Virus record (IMG/VR): IMGVR_UViG_3300046170_000427
Coordinates: 1 to 57,402 of that record
Reading direction: 5' to 3' (one strand)
Length of the DNA stretch: 57,402 nt
DNA from: a virus
Taxonomy: Duplodnaviria > Caudoviricetes
Position 1 is the stretch's first letter. Each line of letters opens with the position of its first letter. Shown here piece by piece: positions 9,201 through 23,000 of the stretch. The notes below the pieces were generated by a model. It ran no database searches and had not been told where the DNA came from. It saw only the letters and a list, made by a program, of their open reading frames with translations. The translations under genes were made by a program, and so were the position numbers.

Positions 9201-12200
9201 AATCATGGGTTCTACTCTGGCGAAACTGTAACCTATTCTGGAAATGCATCGGGACTTAGCAGTGATCAAACATATATTGTTACTGTAGTTGATTCTAATA
9301 ATTTTAAATTGTCATCGGTTGGTGTAGGAACAACTGCAAAATCATTCTACTATGACACTAATCAGTATGTAAATATTAAATCATCTGGTTCTGGATCTCA
9401 TACTTTCAACTATCCAAGTATTTCGGTTAATATTTCAGGTGAAATTGGAGTATCTACCTTCAGTGGACAAGATTTTAACGCAAAACTACAACCAGTATTT
9501 AGAGGTTCAATTGAGTCAATTCATTTAAGCGATACTGGTGTTGGTTATGGTTCAAGTGAGGTTATCAATTTTAATAGGCAACCATTAGTATCTCTTTTAA
9601 GTGGAAGAGATGCAGCACTTCTTCCAATTATCAATGATGGAAAAATACAACAAGTTCTAGTAACAAATGGTGGATATGAATATAATTCACCTCCTAACTT
9701 AGTCGTAAATGGTGTTGGAAAGTTTGCAAAACTTACACCAGTTATTAGTGGTGGACAAATTGTTAGAATAATTGTTGATAATCCGGGAATTAATTATACA
9801 GATTCAACAACTGTGAGCGTAATCGCTAGTGGTTCAGGGGCAAATCTCAATGCAGATATTAATCAGTGGACAATTAACCTCTTTGAGAAGTATCAAGATA
9901 TTATTGGTGAAGATGATGGCATTTTAGATACTTCTATTACTGATGAATATGGTATTGAATATACTCATCTTTTTGCTCCTAGAAAACTTAGAGAATCTGT
10001 ATTTGGACAAGTTATTTCAGACGGAGATGGAATTAAGTACGGAGTTTCTGATTTAAGATTAGATTCTTCAAATACTGAGACTGAATCTCAATTTCACTCT
10101 CCAATTGTCGGATGGGCATATGATGGAAATCCAATTTATGGGCCTTACGGATATGATACAAATACTGGAGGAACTGTAAGAGCATTAATAAGTGGTTATA
10201 AACCATCACAATTAAATAATCGTCCCCCTCTCTCCACATGGAAACAAGGATTTTTCTGTGAAGATTTTGTATTTACTGGAGAGGGTGATCTTGATGAACA
10301 CAATGGAAGATATTGTGTAACACCCTGATTTTCCAAATGGGGTTTATGCATATTTTGCAACTATAAATCCAGGTTTTGTTGAAAGTTCAGGGACTTTTGA
10401 AGGTTTTAAACTGCCACAATATCCGTATTTTATTGGTAATAAGTTTAAATCTAAACCTAACGATTTTAACTTTAAAAATGATTCATATCAAGAAAAATAT
10501 GATATCGAAAATAATAATTGGTTAAGAAATACCAATCCATATGGACTTACATTGGATAATGTTTCATACGATTATTTCATAGAACCATATAAAATCTATG
10601 ATGAAGTAATTGACATCACATCTACTTCCGTTGGAACAATCGACAGTGTTGGTATTGTCACGGGAGGAAGTGGTTATCAAGTGGGAGATAGAATTGTATT
10701 TGAAACTCTCCCCGGTTCTACACCGGCAAAAGCAAAAGTTTCTGAAATTTCGGGTAAAGTAATTACAAACATTAGTGTTGCTTCTTCTACAATTTCTCAA
10801 ATTGAAGTTTCTCCTATTGATTCTTCTGGAAGATTTGTAGCATTCTCTCAATCGCCCCACAAATTTACAAATACTGATTTAATATCTTTATCTGGATTTA
10901 ATACTTCTATCAGTTTAAATAATAATTCTTTTAATATTGGTGTTTCTACTAATTTCTTTAATCTTGCAAATGCAGTAGGAACAACTTCTGCGACAGGTAT
11001 CGTTACTTATTTCTCAATAAGTGGTGGAATTATTGATAGTGGTGAACTTTCAATAAGAGAGAATGATATTTTAGCAATTGGAACAGAAAAGGTTCGCGTT
11101 TTAAATGTTGATAAACTTAATTCAAGACTAAGAGTTGAAAGAGCAGTGGATGGAACTGTTTCTTCTGCTCATACTGCTACGACATCTATCTCCGAACAAA
11201 GTCGTAAATTCACTTTTATTAGTTCTAGAGAAAATAAAGTTAAATTTGAAATCAATAAACAAATCTATTTTGATCCAAAAGAAACTTTAGGGATCGGAAC
11301 TTTAAGTGGTGTTGGTATTGGATCTACAATCTTCTTCTCAAATCCAGGTGCAGGTGTTACTCAAGTATTCATTGAGAATAGAGGTATTTTCTTACCTAAT
11401 CACGATCTGAAAACAGGTGACGTTGTTTTATATAACAATGGTGGAGGACAATCCATTGAAGTGGTATCTAATCCCTCTATAGGGACTACTTATAGAATTG
11501 CAAATAGTACACCACTTTATGTGGCAAAAATAAGTGAAGATATTATTGGAATTCAAACTTTTAAAGTTGGTATCGGATCAACAGGAACTTTTGTTGGTAT
11601 TGCAGATACCACAATGAACTCTGGACTTCTATTCTTTACTGGTATTGGTACTGGAACTAAACATAGTATCAAAACAATAAAAGATAATGTCGTTATTGGT
11701 GAAGCAAATAGAAATGAAGTAACAGTTTTTACTGCATCGACTCATGGATTAAATATTGGCGAATCAGTCAAAATGACTGTATCACCAGGAATCACCACTA
11801 CTGTTACAGTTAAGTATAATGATCATAATAGAAGAATTGTATTCAATCCTCTTGGATTTACAACAGCCGGAGTAAGCACAAGTCAAAATACAATTAGTAT
11901 TAGTGATCACGGATTTAATACAGGAGATAAAATAATTCTCGATTCTAATCCAGCTCCTACTGGATTGGAGGATCAAAAGATTTACTATATTTCTAGATTT
12001 TCTAAAGATAAAATCAGACTTTGTGAATCGAAATATGAAACTGAAAAATTCCAACCTAATTTTGTATCAATTGATATTGCAAGAAAAGGAAATATTCTCC
12101 CAATTAACCCACCTTTAAATGTATTTTCTGGCAATACTGTAATATTTGATCTGAGTGACTCTTCTTTATCTTCTTTAAATGCATCTACTCTTTATTCTGC

Positions 12201-15200
12201 ATTTAACTTGAATCTCTATAGAGATTCTAATTTCACGGACAGATTTGATGGAACACTTTCAAATAATACCTTTGAGATAACAAAATCTGGAAAAGTTGGT
12301 ATAGATGCAGATGCTAAACTTACTTTGTCAGTCAATAATAATGTACCAGAGAATCTCTTTTATAAATTCTCTATTATAAATTCAGATTTTGTAGATTCGT
12401 CTAAGAAAGAAATTATTGTAGATAAAGAAGTAAGAGGATTTAATAAGATTGATGTTGTAGACAGTGCATATCAAGGTGAATTTGTACTCACAGGAACTGG
12501 ATCTACTTTCTTCAAGTATGACATACTAGAAATTCCTGAGAAAACTTCATATTCATCCATTGATGGTGGTTTATCTTACAATACAAATTCTTCAAATGCT
12601 TATGGCGGCATTTCAAGTATTGATATTACCTATAAGGGTGCAAATTATAATGAAATAGTTGGCGTATCAACGATTGTTGGGATAACTACAGGAACTGGTG
12701 CCATTCTTGAACCGTCAAGTAATACAATTGGTAAAGTTCTTTCAACAAAAATTGAAAACATTGGTTTTAATTATCCAACGGATAATACAATTCGTCCTAC
12801 AACAAATCTCCCCGAAGTTCTTTTACTTGAATCTTTAACCTCATTTGACAAAATAGGCATTTCTTCCGCTGGAAGGAATTATAATATTGCTCCGGATCTT
12901 GTTGTTCTTGATGGGGTAACTGGAAAAAATATTGATGATGTTGATCTTTTCTATAAACTTGGAGATTCTGAAGTAACTATTAGAAATAATACCAGAGGAA
13001 TTTCAAATATAACCCCTACCATCATTCCAATCAACAATTCAAACGGAGTTGCAATCGACAGCATTTCTTTTGACATTGTTAGTAAAAATGTAACAGTTGG
13101 ATTTAATACAGGATTTAGTGATCAATCTCCATTCGCTATTGGCGATAAAGTTCTTATTGAAAATGTAAGCGTTGGAGTTGGATCAACTGGATCTGGTTTT
13201 AATTCAGTAGATTATGATTATAAATTGTTCACTCTGACAGATGTAAATATTCCTCTCGGCGGTGTTATTGGCGTTGTTACCTTTAGCCTTTCGGGAATTA
13301 TTGAAGATAATCTTTATGCTGGAAATTATGACTCAATCAATTCCGCAGGAAGAATAATTAACCAGAATGCTTTCCCACAATTTAATATTGAACTTAAAAA
13401 GAATGATTTCTTACTAGGAGAAAATATTGTTTCTGACAGTGGAGAAGGAAAAGTAAATAGCTGGAATAATAAAATCGAACTTCTTAAAGTCTCAACCTCC
13501 AGGGATTTTAAAGTTGGAGATCTTGTAACTGGACAATCTTCTGGAACTCAAGGAACTGTTAAGTCAAAACTTGAATATAATTCTGAAATCAAGACGGGAT
13601 CATCATCCATTGTTGAAAAGGGATGGAATAAAACCACCGGATTCTTCAATAACAATCAACAAAGAATTCCTGATAATTTCTACTATCAAAACTTCTCTTA
13701 TGCAATTAAGTCTAAAATTCCTCTACAAAATTGGGATGACGCAGTAAGTTCACTCAATCATACTGCAGGATTCCTTAAATTTAGTGATCTAATTATTGAA
13801 TCTAATGATCAAAACCCTAATCTTGGAGTCTTTACAGACGAGTCTTCCAATGTTTCTTTGACAGTCGATATACTTCCAGTCCCTGTATATGGTGGAGGAG
13901 ATTTAAGGGGTGAATTTGGTGGTGGTATAAGTCTTAATTGTTACCCTGCTTTTGATTTAGTTACTGAAAATTCCAAAACTGCTTCAGGGAAGGTTTACTC
14001 TGATAGAATTTTCTTAGAAAATAGAGTTCTTACTGATTATTTTGAATCTGTCGGAAACAGAGTTTTAACTATTGATGATTTTAGTACACAATTTAGCGAC
14101 GTAGAGCGTCCTACAAGATTCAGTATTGTCAAGAAGTTCTCAGTTGATCAGAGATCTAAAAAGATTCTTACTTTTGTAAAAGATAAAACATATGCTGAAA
14201 GACAAACTTCTATAGTAACTTTAATTCAAGATGGCGTAAATGCGGAGGTTCTTAATTATGGAAGAGTCGAAAATTCATTAGATTTAGGTTCATTTGATTT
14301 TAGAATCGAAGGTACAGAAGGACAACTATTATTCTATCCAACTAAGTATCAAAATAATAACTATAATATTTCATACTGCAGTTTCGATCTTGATAATGGT
14401 GTATCTGGAATTGGAACGTTTGCTTTGGGTGAGATTTGTGACATTGAATCCACTCAGGTAGAAATTCCTGCTTCAACAAAAACTACTATTGTAGGAATTG
14501 CATCCACATATAGATCATCTAAAGTTTTAGTAGAATTCAATTCTAATACTGGAGTTTTTGGTTTTAATGAACTTAATATTGTTCATGATGGTACAAATGT
14601 TGAACTCTTAGAATATGGAGATCTTTCAACCGATATTGGATCAACTGTTCTTGGATTTGGAACATATTCTGCCGAAATGTCCTCTGGAACCATAAATGTA
14701 GATTTCACTCCAAATCCTGGATTCGCTCTTACAGCAAATACTGTTAGAGTTTCAATGTCAAGCACAGAATCTGTTGGGGTAGGAACAACTGTCATTGGTG
14801 GTTTTGGTGAGAATATTGCAGAGTTGCAATCTTTCTATACATCGATTTCTTCATCTGCTACTCCAGGTATCACCACAATTGCAGAATACACTTGTGGTGG
14901 TGTAAATGACTATTCCGCAGCATATTATTTTGTTAGTGTAGAAGATACCACAAATAATGAATATCAACTTACTGAGTTGATTGTTTTGAATGATACTAGT
15001 GAATCATACATTACTGAGTATGCCAAGTTAACAACAGGAAGTGATATTGGAACATTTGACTCTTATGCAGATTCATCTACAACGCAACTAAGATATACAC
15101 CTCCTGCTAATGTAGATGTTGAAACAAGGGTATTCCAGCAAGCTATTCAACTTGTAGAAATTGATGACACTTTGAATCATGAAATTGATTTAAATAATGC

Positions 15201-18200
15201 ATCAGTGACTGCGGGTTATGGTTTCTATGAGGGAACTTTTGTAGATGTTAAGAGAGCGTTTGAATTAACTCATAATGGACTTCCAATTTTCCAGAGAAAC
15301 TTTGATGGAAGCAATACTGATATTGTAGATACAACAAACAATACAATTAGAATTCCAGATCACTTCTTTACAACAGGAGAACCGGTAACTTACTCAGTTG
15401 GGGTATCAACTAATGTTCGTATTGGTATTGAAACAACATCATTTGCTGGAATTGGCAATACTAATATCCTTCCAACCACTACCTCAGTTTATGTAATTAA
15501 AGATAGTGATACTTCAATTAGGTTTGCATCGTCTGCGCAGAATGCCAACGCAGTAACACCTGTTGCTATCGGAATAACTGGTGTCGGGATAGGAACTTTC
15601 CACACTTTAACATCAAGTAAGCAGAACACAAAATGTGTTATTGCCCTCGATAACTTTATTCAAAATCCGATTATTTCAACCGCAGTAACAACTACTGTAG
15701 ATAGAGAAATTACAATTGGCGATGCTGTTATTAAAACTATTGGAGTAACATCGTTCTTTGCATCTGATTTGATACAAGTTGAATCAGAAATTATGAAAAT
15801 CAATACTGTTGGTTTTGGTACAACTAACGGACTTCTAGTTGATCGTGGATGGATGGGAACAGGAATTGCAACTCACCCAGTTGGTGTTGCTGTTACTAAA
15901 GTTGATGGAGCTTTATAACATTGTTAACAATACTATTAATTTTTATACCGCACCTCATGGGCCCACTCCTTTAAGTTCAACTACAAATCCACCAGATGAG
16001 AGAGATTTCACTGGAATAACCACTTTCTCAAGGTTCCAAGGAAGAACATTCCTTAGATCTGAAAATACTGGAAGTGCGAGAGGTGCTTATCATTCAAATT
16101 ATGTATTTGATAGTGTTGCAGATCAATTTGATGCAACTACTAAAACATTTACTTTGAAATCTCAGAATGAAAATGTAACCGGATTCTCAACCAATAATGC
16201 TGCTGTTCTTATAAATGGGGTATTCCAAGGGCCTACTGGACAATTATCCATTGATCAAGATTACACATTAAGTGAAGCATCAGGAATTAGTAGTATAACA
16301 TTTACCGGAACTGCTACTTCCGTTGCATATGATCCCAATAATGCCAACATCCCAGTTGGTGGATATGTAGTTTCTGTCGGATCTACAAGTGGATTAGGTT
16401 ATCAACCACTTGTTTCTGCTGGTGGAACCGCTGTTGTATCAATTGCTGGAACAATTACGTCAATCAGTATTGGTAATACTGGTTCTGGTTATCGTTCTGG
16501 TATTCAAACCGTCAATGTTGGCGTTTATACATCTTCAACAGGTAGAACTGGAATTGAATTTATTGGAACTGCTGCGGTAAGTAACGGACATATCGTTAGT
16601 GTTGCTATTACAAATCCAGGATCTGGATATCTGATTGGATCAGAACCAATAGTTGTATTTGATGCCCCACTTTCATATTCTAACATTCCTTTAATTTATT
16701 CAGAAGACTCTCCAGCAGGAGTTGGAACACAAGCAACTGTTGATGTTGTTGTTGGACAAGGATCAAGCATAATAGATTTCAATATTAGAAACTTTGGATA
16801 TGCTTATAAGCAGGATCAAATTCTTACTATAGAAACTGGTGGGTTAACTGGTATTCCTACTGATACAAATCATATATTTAAGGAATTCCAACTTACTGTA
16901 GATAAAGTCGATTCTGATAAATTCTCAGCATGGCATTTCGGTGAATTAGAACGTCTTGATAACATTAATGATGAATTTAATGGAGTTAAGAGAAAATTCA
17001 CATTGAAGAGAAATGGATCTCCAGTTACTGTAAGAGCAGCAGTAGGATCTAATATTGATGTTAAATCTACACTTCTTATTTTTATTAATGATATTCTACA
17101 AGTGCCTGGAGAAGCATATGAATTTAACGGTGGTAGTGTAATTAACTTTGCTGAAGCACCTAAAGGAGGTTCTAGTGATACTTCATATGATGGCGATACT
17201 TGTAAGATTCTCTTCTATAAGGGGACAGGCGATGTTGATGTTACATTTAACAATGTTCTTCCAACTATAAAGGATGGTGACGAATTAAGTGTCAGGGGTG
17301 ATGAATCTTTAGTTCCTAACTCTGTTGATCAAGAATCAAGATTAACAACTGAGATAATTTCTACTGATACTGTTGAAACAAATCCATATTACGGAAGAGG
17401 AATTGATTCCAACCCAGATCACGCACGCACAGTGACTTGGTGTAAGCAAACTATTGATAAAGTTGTTAATGGTAAAATTGTAAGTAAAGCAAGAGAATTA
17501 AATTCTGCTTTAATTAATCCAAAAACAAATATTATTCAATCTGTTGGTGTAGGATCCACTCAAATTTTCGTCGAGAGTGTAATTCCATTCTTTAACCCCG
17601 ATGATGAAAATCAAACTACTAAGAATCAACAAACCATAAGAATTGTATCGCAAAACAATCTTGTATCTGCTGCCGCAACTGCAGTTGTTTCTATAGGAAA
17701 TACTGTTGAATCAATCACAATTGGTTATGGAGGAACAGGATATGCTTCTGCACCGTCTGTAACTATTGAAACTCCAGTGGGACTCGGAACAACCGCAAGA
17801 GCAACAGCTACTGCAACTCTGACTGGAGACACTGTATCTTCAATTTCTGTTTCTACACCAGGAATCGGATATACACGAACTTCTATCCCTCAAGTCCTCA
17901 TTGAAGCACCATCAATTACCAAAGAAACAAATAGAACGTCTCTTTATGAGGGTGATTTTGGTGAAATCGTTGGATTAACATCTACCTCCGTTGGAGTTGC
18001 TGCTACTGGATTTGATATGGAATTCTTTATCCCTATTGATTCATTCTTACGTAATACAAAGATTGTTGGTACTGCAGTTACTATTAGTGATATTTCAGTT
18101 GGTGATTACTTTACTGTTAAAAATAGCAATGTAGGAAGTGGCGTTACATCTCTATATCAAACTGGCGAAACATTAGGTGTTACAACTCAATTCCTTGATT

Positions 18201-18487
18201 CTGTTTATGAAGTAGCAGCAGTTTCTGTTGCTACAACTGCTGTGGCAGGTGTTGGCATTACATATGTCAAAAAAGTTACCGTAAGTGTGGAAGATCTTGG
18301 TGATATAACTGGTATCGGACTTACTGAGTTTTACGGTGAGTTCTCATGGGGTAAAATAACACTTGGTGATAGAACAAGTGCCTCAGCATTTGACGCATAT
18401 CTATTAAATGGCACATCTGGTATTACAACTGGTGGTGTTGTAAATAGAGTTGAACCTCTCAAACTTGTAGGATACTCTACAACATAA
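6277..18487 (+). CDS. gp7: giant baseplate wedge initiator gp7-like protein (~4,070 aa after correcting indels), with YHYH-like domain
   Basis: Five track ORFs (6277, 6977, 8997, 10552, 15839) join into one frame after removing one G at 6685-6687, adding two bases near 9032 and 9053, removing one C at 10323-10325 and removing one T at 15912-15914. Motifs: FLKQYY, KDFYQSKGT, HSPIVGWAYDGNPIYGPYG...DLDEHNGRYCVTPDFPNGVYAYF, FYYQNFSYAIKS, many GxGY repeats. Position between gp6 and gp8. Confidence 0.88.
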
Positions 18488-18490
18488 CTG

Positions 18491-18497
18491 ATAAATA
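18491..18497 (+). promoter_or_regulatory. late promoter ATAAATA (gp8)
   Basis: Intergenic, 19 nt before ATG 18517. Confidence 0.75.
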
Positions 18498-18516
18498 AGT
18501 AAAAAACTACGCAAAA

Positions 18517-20076
18517 ATGGCTGCGATTATAACTGATCAACTTCGTATATTGAACGCAAAAGATTTTATTGCTAGTGTTGCATCCACTAGCAACTCTTTC
18601 TATTCGTTTGTAGGACTTCCTAATCCTACTGATGTTGATGCAAGTTGGGATAGCAGTCCTCCTGATCCAAGGGATAGTTTTGATGAAGAGAATAATTATT
18701 GGGACACAATGATTGCTCTCAAAAAAATTGATACTGATGATGTGAAGCAAGTAATTAAAAAGATTACTTGGAGATCTGGTACAACTTATGACATGTACCG
18801 ACACGATGTAAAAGCAGAGAGTCCTTCAAAACCATCAAATGCGATTAGTTTATACGAAGCAAATTATTATGTAATGAACTCTGACTACAGAGTTTACATT
18901 TGCTTACAAAATGGAACAAGTCCTGAAAATCCAAGTGGTAGAGCATCTCTTGATGAACCCACTTTTACAGATTTGGAACCTAGAGAAGCGGGAACAAGTG
19001 GTGATGGTTATGTATGGAAATATCTTTATACTATAAAACCTGGAGATATTGTAAAGTTTGAATCTACAAACTTTATGCCGGTTCCAAAAGATTGGACTAC
19101 AACAACTGAAGCAAATATTTCTGCAGTTAGAAACAACGCTAGCACCAGTGGACAACTCAAAATTGTAACAATTACGAATAGAGGAGTTGGATTAGGCACT
19201 GCTAATACAACTTATACTCAAGTTCCTATCAAAGGTGATGGTAATGGGGCAGAGTGTACTATTGCTATTAACAATAATTCAAATGTAGAATCAGTCACAA
19301 TCTCAAAAGGAGGTTCTGGTTATACATTTGGAACAATTGATTTAGTTGCAGGGAACGTGCCTACGGGAACGACTGCTCCAGTTTTTGATGTAATTGTGCC
19401 ACCTCAAGGAGGACATGGTGCAGATATTTACAGAGAATTGGGAGCGAGAAACGCATTAATCTATTCAAGAATTGAGAACGATTCTGAGAATCCCGATTTT
19501 ATAACTGGAAATGAAATTGCAAGAATTGGATTAGTGCAAAATCCAAAAGCATACGGCACATCATCTAATCTTTCATTAGATAAATCTGCAGCAACTTATG
19601 CACTTAAACTTACAGGTACAGGATATAGTTCTGCTTCTTTTACTGCTGACTCTTTTATTACACAAACTGTGGGATTCGGATCTACAGCAGTTGGTAGAGT
19701 TGTATCGTATGATCAAGTAACAGGAGTTTTAAAATACTGGCAAGATAGATCCACTGCAGGATTTAATACCGATGGATCTAAGAATACTGATCCAACATAT
19801 GGATTCAAAATGAATAGATTCACACCTGGTATTGCAGATGGTGGATCTTTTAATATTATCGGAGGATCTACAACTCTTGCAATTCAAACCTCATTTACGG
19901 GTATATCTACCGAAATAAATAGTCGTACTTATTACCTGGGGCAGTCGTTTAACGAGGGTGTTGCTCAACCTGAGGTTGAAAAATATACGGGTAATATCAT
20001 TTACGTCGATAATAGGCCCTCTATTACCAGATCGTCCAGTCAAAAAGAAGATATCAAAATTATCTTGCAGTTCTAA
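18517..20076 (+). CDS. gp8: baseplate wedge subunit gp8
   Basis: MAAIITDQLRILNA, WRSGTTYDMY, YVMNSDYRVYICL, DGYVWKYLYTI and C-terminal QKEDIKIILQF motifs. Confidence 0.93.
   Translation: MAAIITDQLRILNAKDFIASVASTSNSFYSFVGLPNPTDVDASWDSSPPDPRDSFDEENNYWDTMIALKKIDTDDVKQVIKKITWRSGTTYDMYRHDVKAESPSKPSNAISLYEANYYVMNSDYRVYICLQNGTSPENPSGRASLDEPTFTDLEPREAGTSGDGYVWKYLYTIKPGDIVKFESTNFMPVPKDWTTTTEANISAVRNNASTSGQLKIVTITNRGVGLGTANTTYTQVPIKGDGNGAECTIAINNNSNVESVTISKGGSGYTFGTIDLVAGNVPTGTTAPVFDVIVPPQGGHGADIYRELGARNALIYSRIENDSENPDFITGNEIARIGLVQNPKAYGTSSNLSLDKSAATYALKLTGTGYSSASFTADSFITQTVGFGSTAVGRVVSYDQVTGVLKYWQDRSTAGFNTDGSKNTDPTYGFKMNRFTPGIADGGSFNIIGGSTTLAIQTSFTGISTEINSRTYYLGQSFNEGVAQPEVEKYTGNIIYVDNRPSITRSSSQKEDIKIILQF
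19915..19921 (+). promoter_or_regulatory. possible internal late promoter ATAAATA for the downstream large structural gene
   Basis: Lies within the gp8 3' end. The 6-nt gap before 20083 has no room for a promoter. Confidence 0.4.
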
Positions 20077-20082
20077 GGAATT

Positions 20083-23000
20083 ATGTCACAGGAAACCAAT
20101 CTTAACGTCGCCCCTTACTTTGACGACTTTGATCCTAAGAAGGATTATTATAAGGTTCTATTCAAACCAGGTTATCCAGTACAAGCAAGAGAATTAACTT
20201 CTCTTCAATCAATCCTGCAAAATCAGGTTGAAAAATTCGGACAGCACTTTTTTAAAGAGGGTGCAAAGGTAATTCCTGGAAATACGACATTTTCTACTAA
20301 TTATAGATGTGTTCTTTTAGAGAATTCATACTTAGGAATTCCACTTCTTGATTATGTTGATCAATTAGTAGGATCACAAATCACTGGACAAGATTCTGGT
20401 GTTACCGCTATTGTCGATAATTATATCCTTAGTTCCGAGTCAACAAGAGATCAAGTAACCCTTTTTGTAAATTATTCAGGTTCTGGAACGAATAATCAAG
20501 AATCTGTTTTTAGAGATGGTGAATTGTTGTCTGCAAATATCACTATTTCTACAGCAAATACTTTGATTGCTGATGGAGTTCCTTTTGCATCTACTATTCA
20601 ACAAGATGCAACCGCAGTAGGATCTGCATATTTTATTGGAAATGGCGTTTACTTTGGAAAAGGATCTTTCTTAAATGTCAGTGAGCAGACATTAATCTTA
20701 GATCAATATACCAATACTCCAAGTTATAGAATTGGATTGACAATTGAAGAAACAATTATTAATTCCGATCTTGATCCTGCTCTGACGGATAATTCTGCAG
20801 GATTTAATAATTTTGGATCTCCAGGTGCTGATAGACTTAAAATTGTCACGTCTCTTTCTAAAAAAGATTTAACTGACACTGATGATAATAATTTCGTTGA
20901 ACTTGGAACGGTTGTCAATGGAGTTTTGAGACAAAAAAGTACAAGTGAATACTCTATTATAACAGATGAGTTAGCAAAAAGAACATATGCAGAATCGGGT
21001 GACTATTATGTTAAATCTTTTGGACTTAATGTAAAAGATTCTTTAAATGATAATGAGGGAAATAAAGGACTTTTTAGAGGAGATCAAACCACTTATGGAG
21101 GATCGACACCTTCTGAAGATTTAGCAATATATCAAATCTCTCCGGGTAGAGCATTTGTAAAAGGATATGACGTAGAAACTACAGCACCCACGTTCCTTGA
21201 CGTACCCAAACCTAGAACTACAAAAACTTTTAAATCTCAGCAAATAAATTATAAAACAGGAGAAACTTTAAAATTAAATAGAGTTTTTGGATCTCCTTCT
21301 ATTGGCATCGGAAACACTTATGTTTTAAGTCTTAGAGATTCAAGAGTTGGTTTGAGTTCAGAGCAACCTGCAGGAAAAGAAATTGGATTATCTAGAGTTT
21401 ATGATTTTAAATTGAATTCTGGAACATATAATTCTTCAAATTCAAATGTAAATGAGTGGGGATTATCTTTATATGATGTTCAAACTACTACTGAAGTTAC
21501 AGTAAACGAGCCTATTACGTTATCTGTTCCGACATTTATTAAAGGAAAACATAGTGGTGCCACAGCATTTCTCAAGGATGCTGCTGATAATACTACTTCG
21601 TTGGTATTATATGAAACCTCTGGTAAGTTTATCAAGAATGAAAACTTTATAATTGATGGAATTGAAAATTCAAGAGTGGCAACTGCTGTAACTGCATATG
21701 GAATTAGTGATGTGTTGTCAATATTTGGCAGCGCAAATGGTACTGAGGTTGGAGCAGCAAGAACTTTCTCTGCTGATGTAGTTCTTGCTGACAATTTTAA
21801 CATTGGAATTGCATCTATTACTGCAGCAGATGGAGAGAATTACACATCTGTAATACGATCCACTAATCCATTATTTCCAGGACAAATTAAAGCAGGAAAT
21901 ATACTTTCCTTCACTGGTAACTTATCTCAAGATCCAATTTTTGTATCTGTTGTAAGCGTAGCAACATCATCAATATCTGTAACCGGTGTTACTACAGTTA
22001 GAGGAGTTGCCAGCGGAGCAATGCCTGCATCAATTACAACTTTGACTGATTTAAAAGTTATTGGTGGAGATCTTGGAGTTACTGATGATAGTACTCTCTA
22101 CACAGAGATGCCAAGAAAAAATATTTCTAATGTAGATTTAAATAATGCATCTTTAACTATTAGAAAAACTCAGCAGGTTAATATCGTAGACAACAAGTTA
22201 TCTGCTGCAGTTACATCAGAATCAAATGAATCTTTCTTACCATTTACTCCTGAAAGATATACTCTTATTAGAAGCGATGGAACAACTGAAGAACTAACTT
22301 CAGACAAAGTTCAAATTAATTCTGCATCAAATCAGTTAGAAATTTTTAATCTTGGACTTGATAATGAGGAGGCGACTCTTGTTACAACTCTCACTAAAAT
22401 TAAACCAAAGGCTAAAAACAAAATTAAAAATAGAGTAAATTCTATTGTCATTGATAAATCTGTAAAAAGTGCATCTGGTATTGGTTCTACAACTCTTAAT
22501 GATGGGATTACATATGGCAATTATGCATATGGAACAAGGGTTCAGGATGAAAATATCTCTCTTAATTCTGCTGACTTAATTGAAGTTCATGGAATCTATG
22601 AATTAGCTACTGATCCTTCAGCAGATAACACAGATCCATCCTCTCCATCAATGATTCTTGCGAATCTATCAGGGCCCACAGCAAAAACCTCTGATTTAGT
22701 AATTGGTGAATCTATTATCGGAGAAACTTCTGGTGCTCATGCTATCGTTGGCGTTAAGAAAACAGATTCAAAGATTGCATTTCTTCCTAAAAATCAAATT
22801 AGTTTCAAAGAAGGAGAAATTGTTGTATTTGGCGAATCTAAAGTAAGAGCATCAATTGTTACTTTAGATACTCCAAGTAAGGATGTTTCTTTCAAGTTTA
22901 CCTCATCTAATGGACAAAATGGAGAATTCTATAATTTTGGAGTTCTGAATAGAAAAAATGGTGAAGAACCACCACAAAGAAAGTTAATTGTATATTTTTC

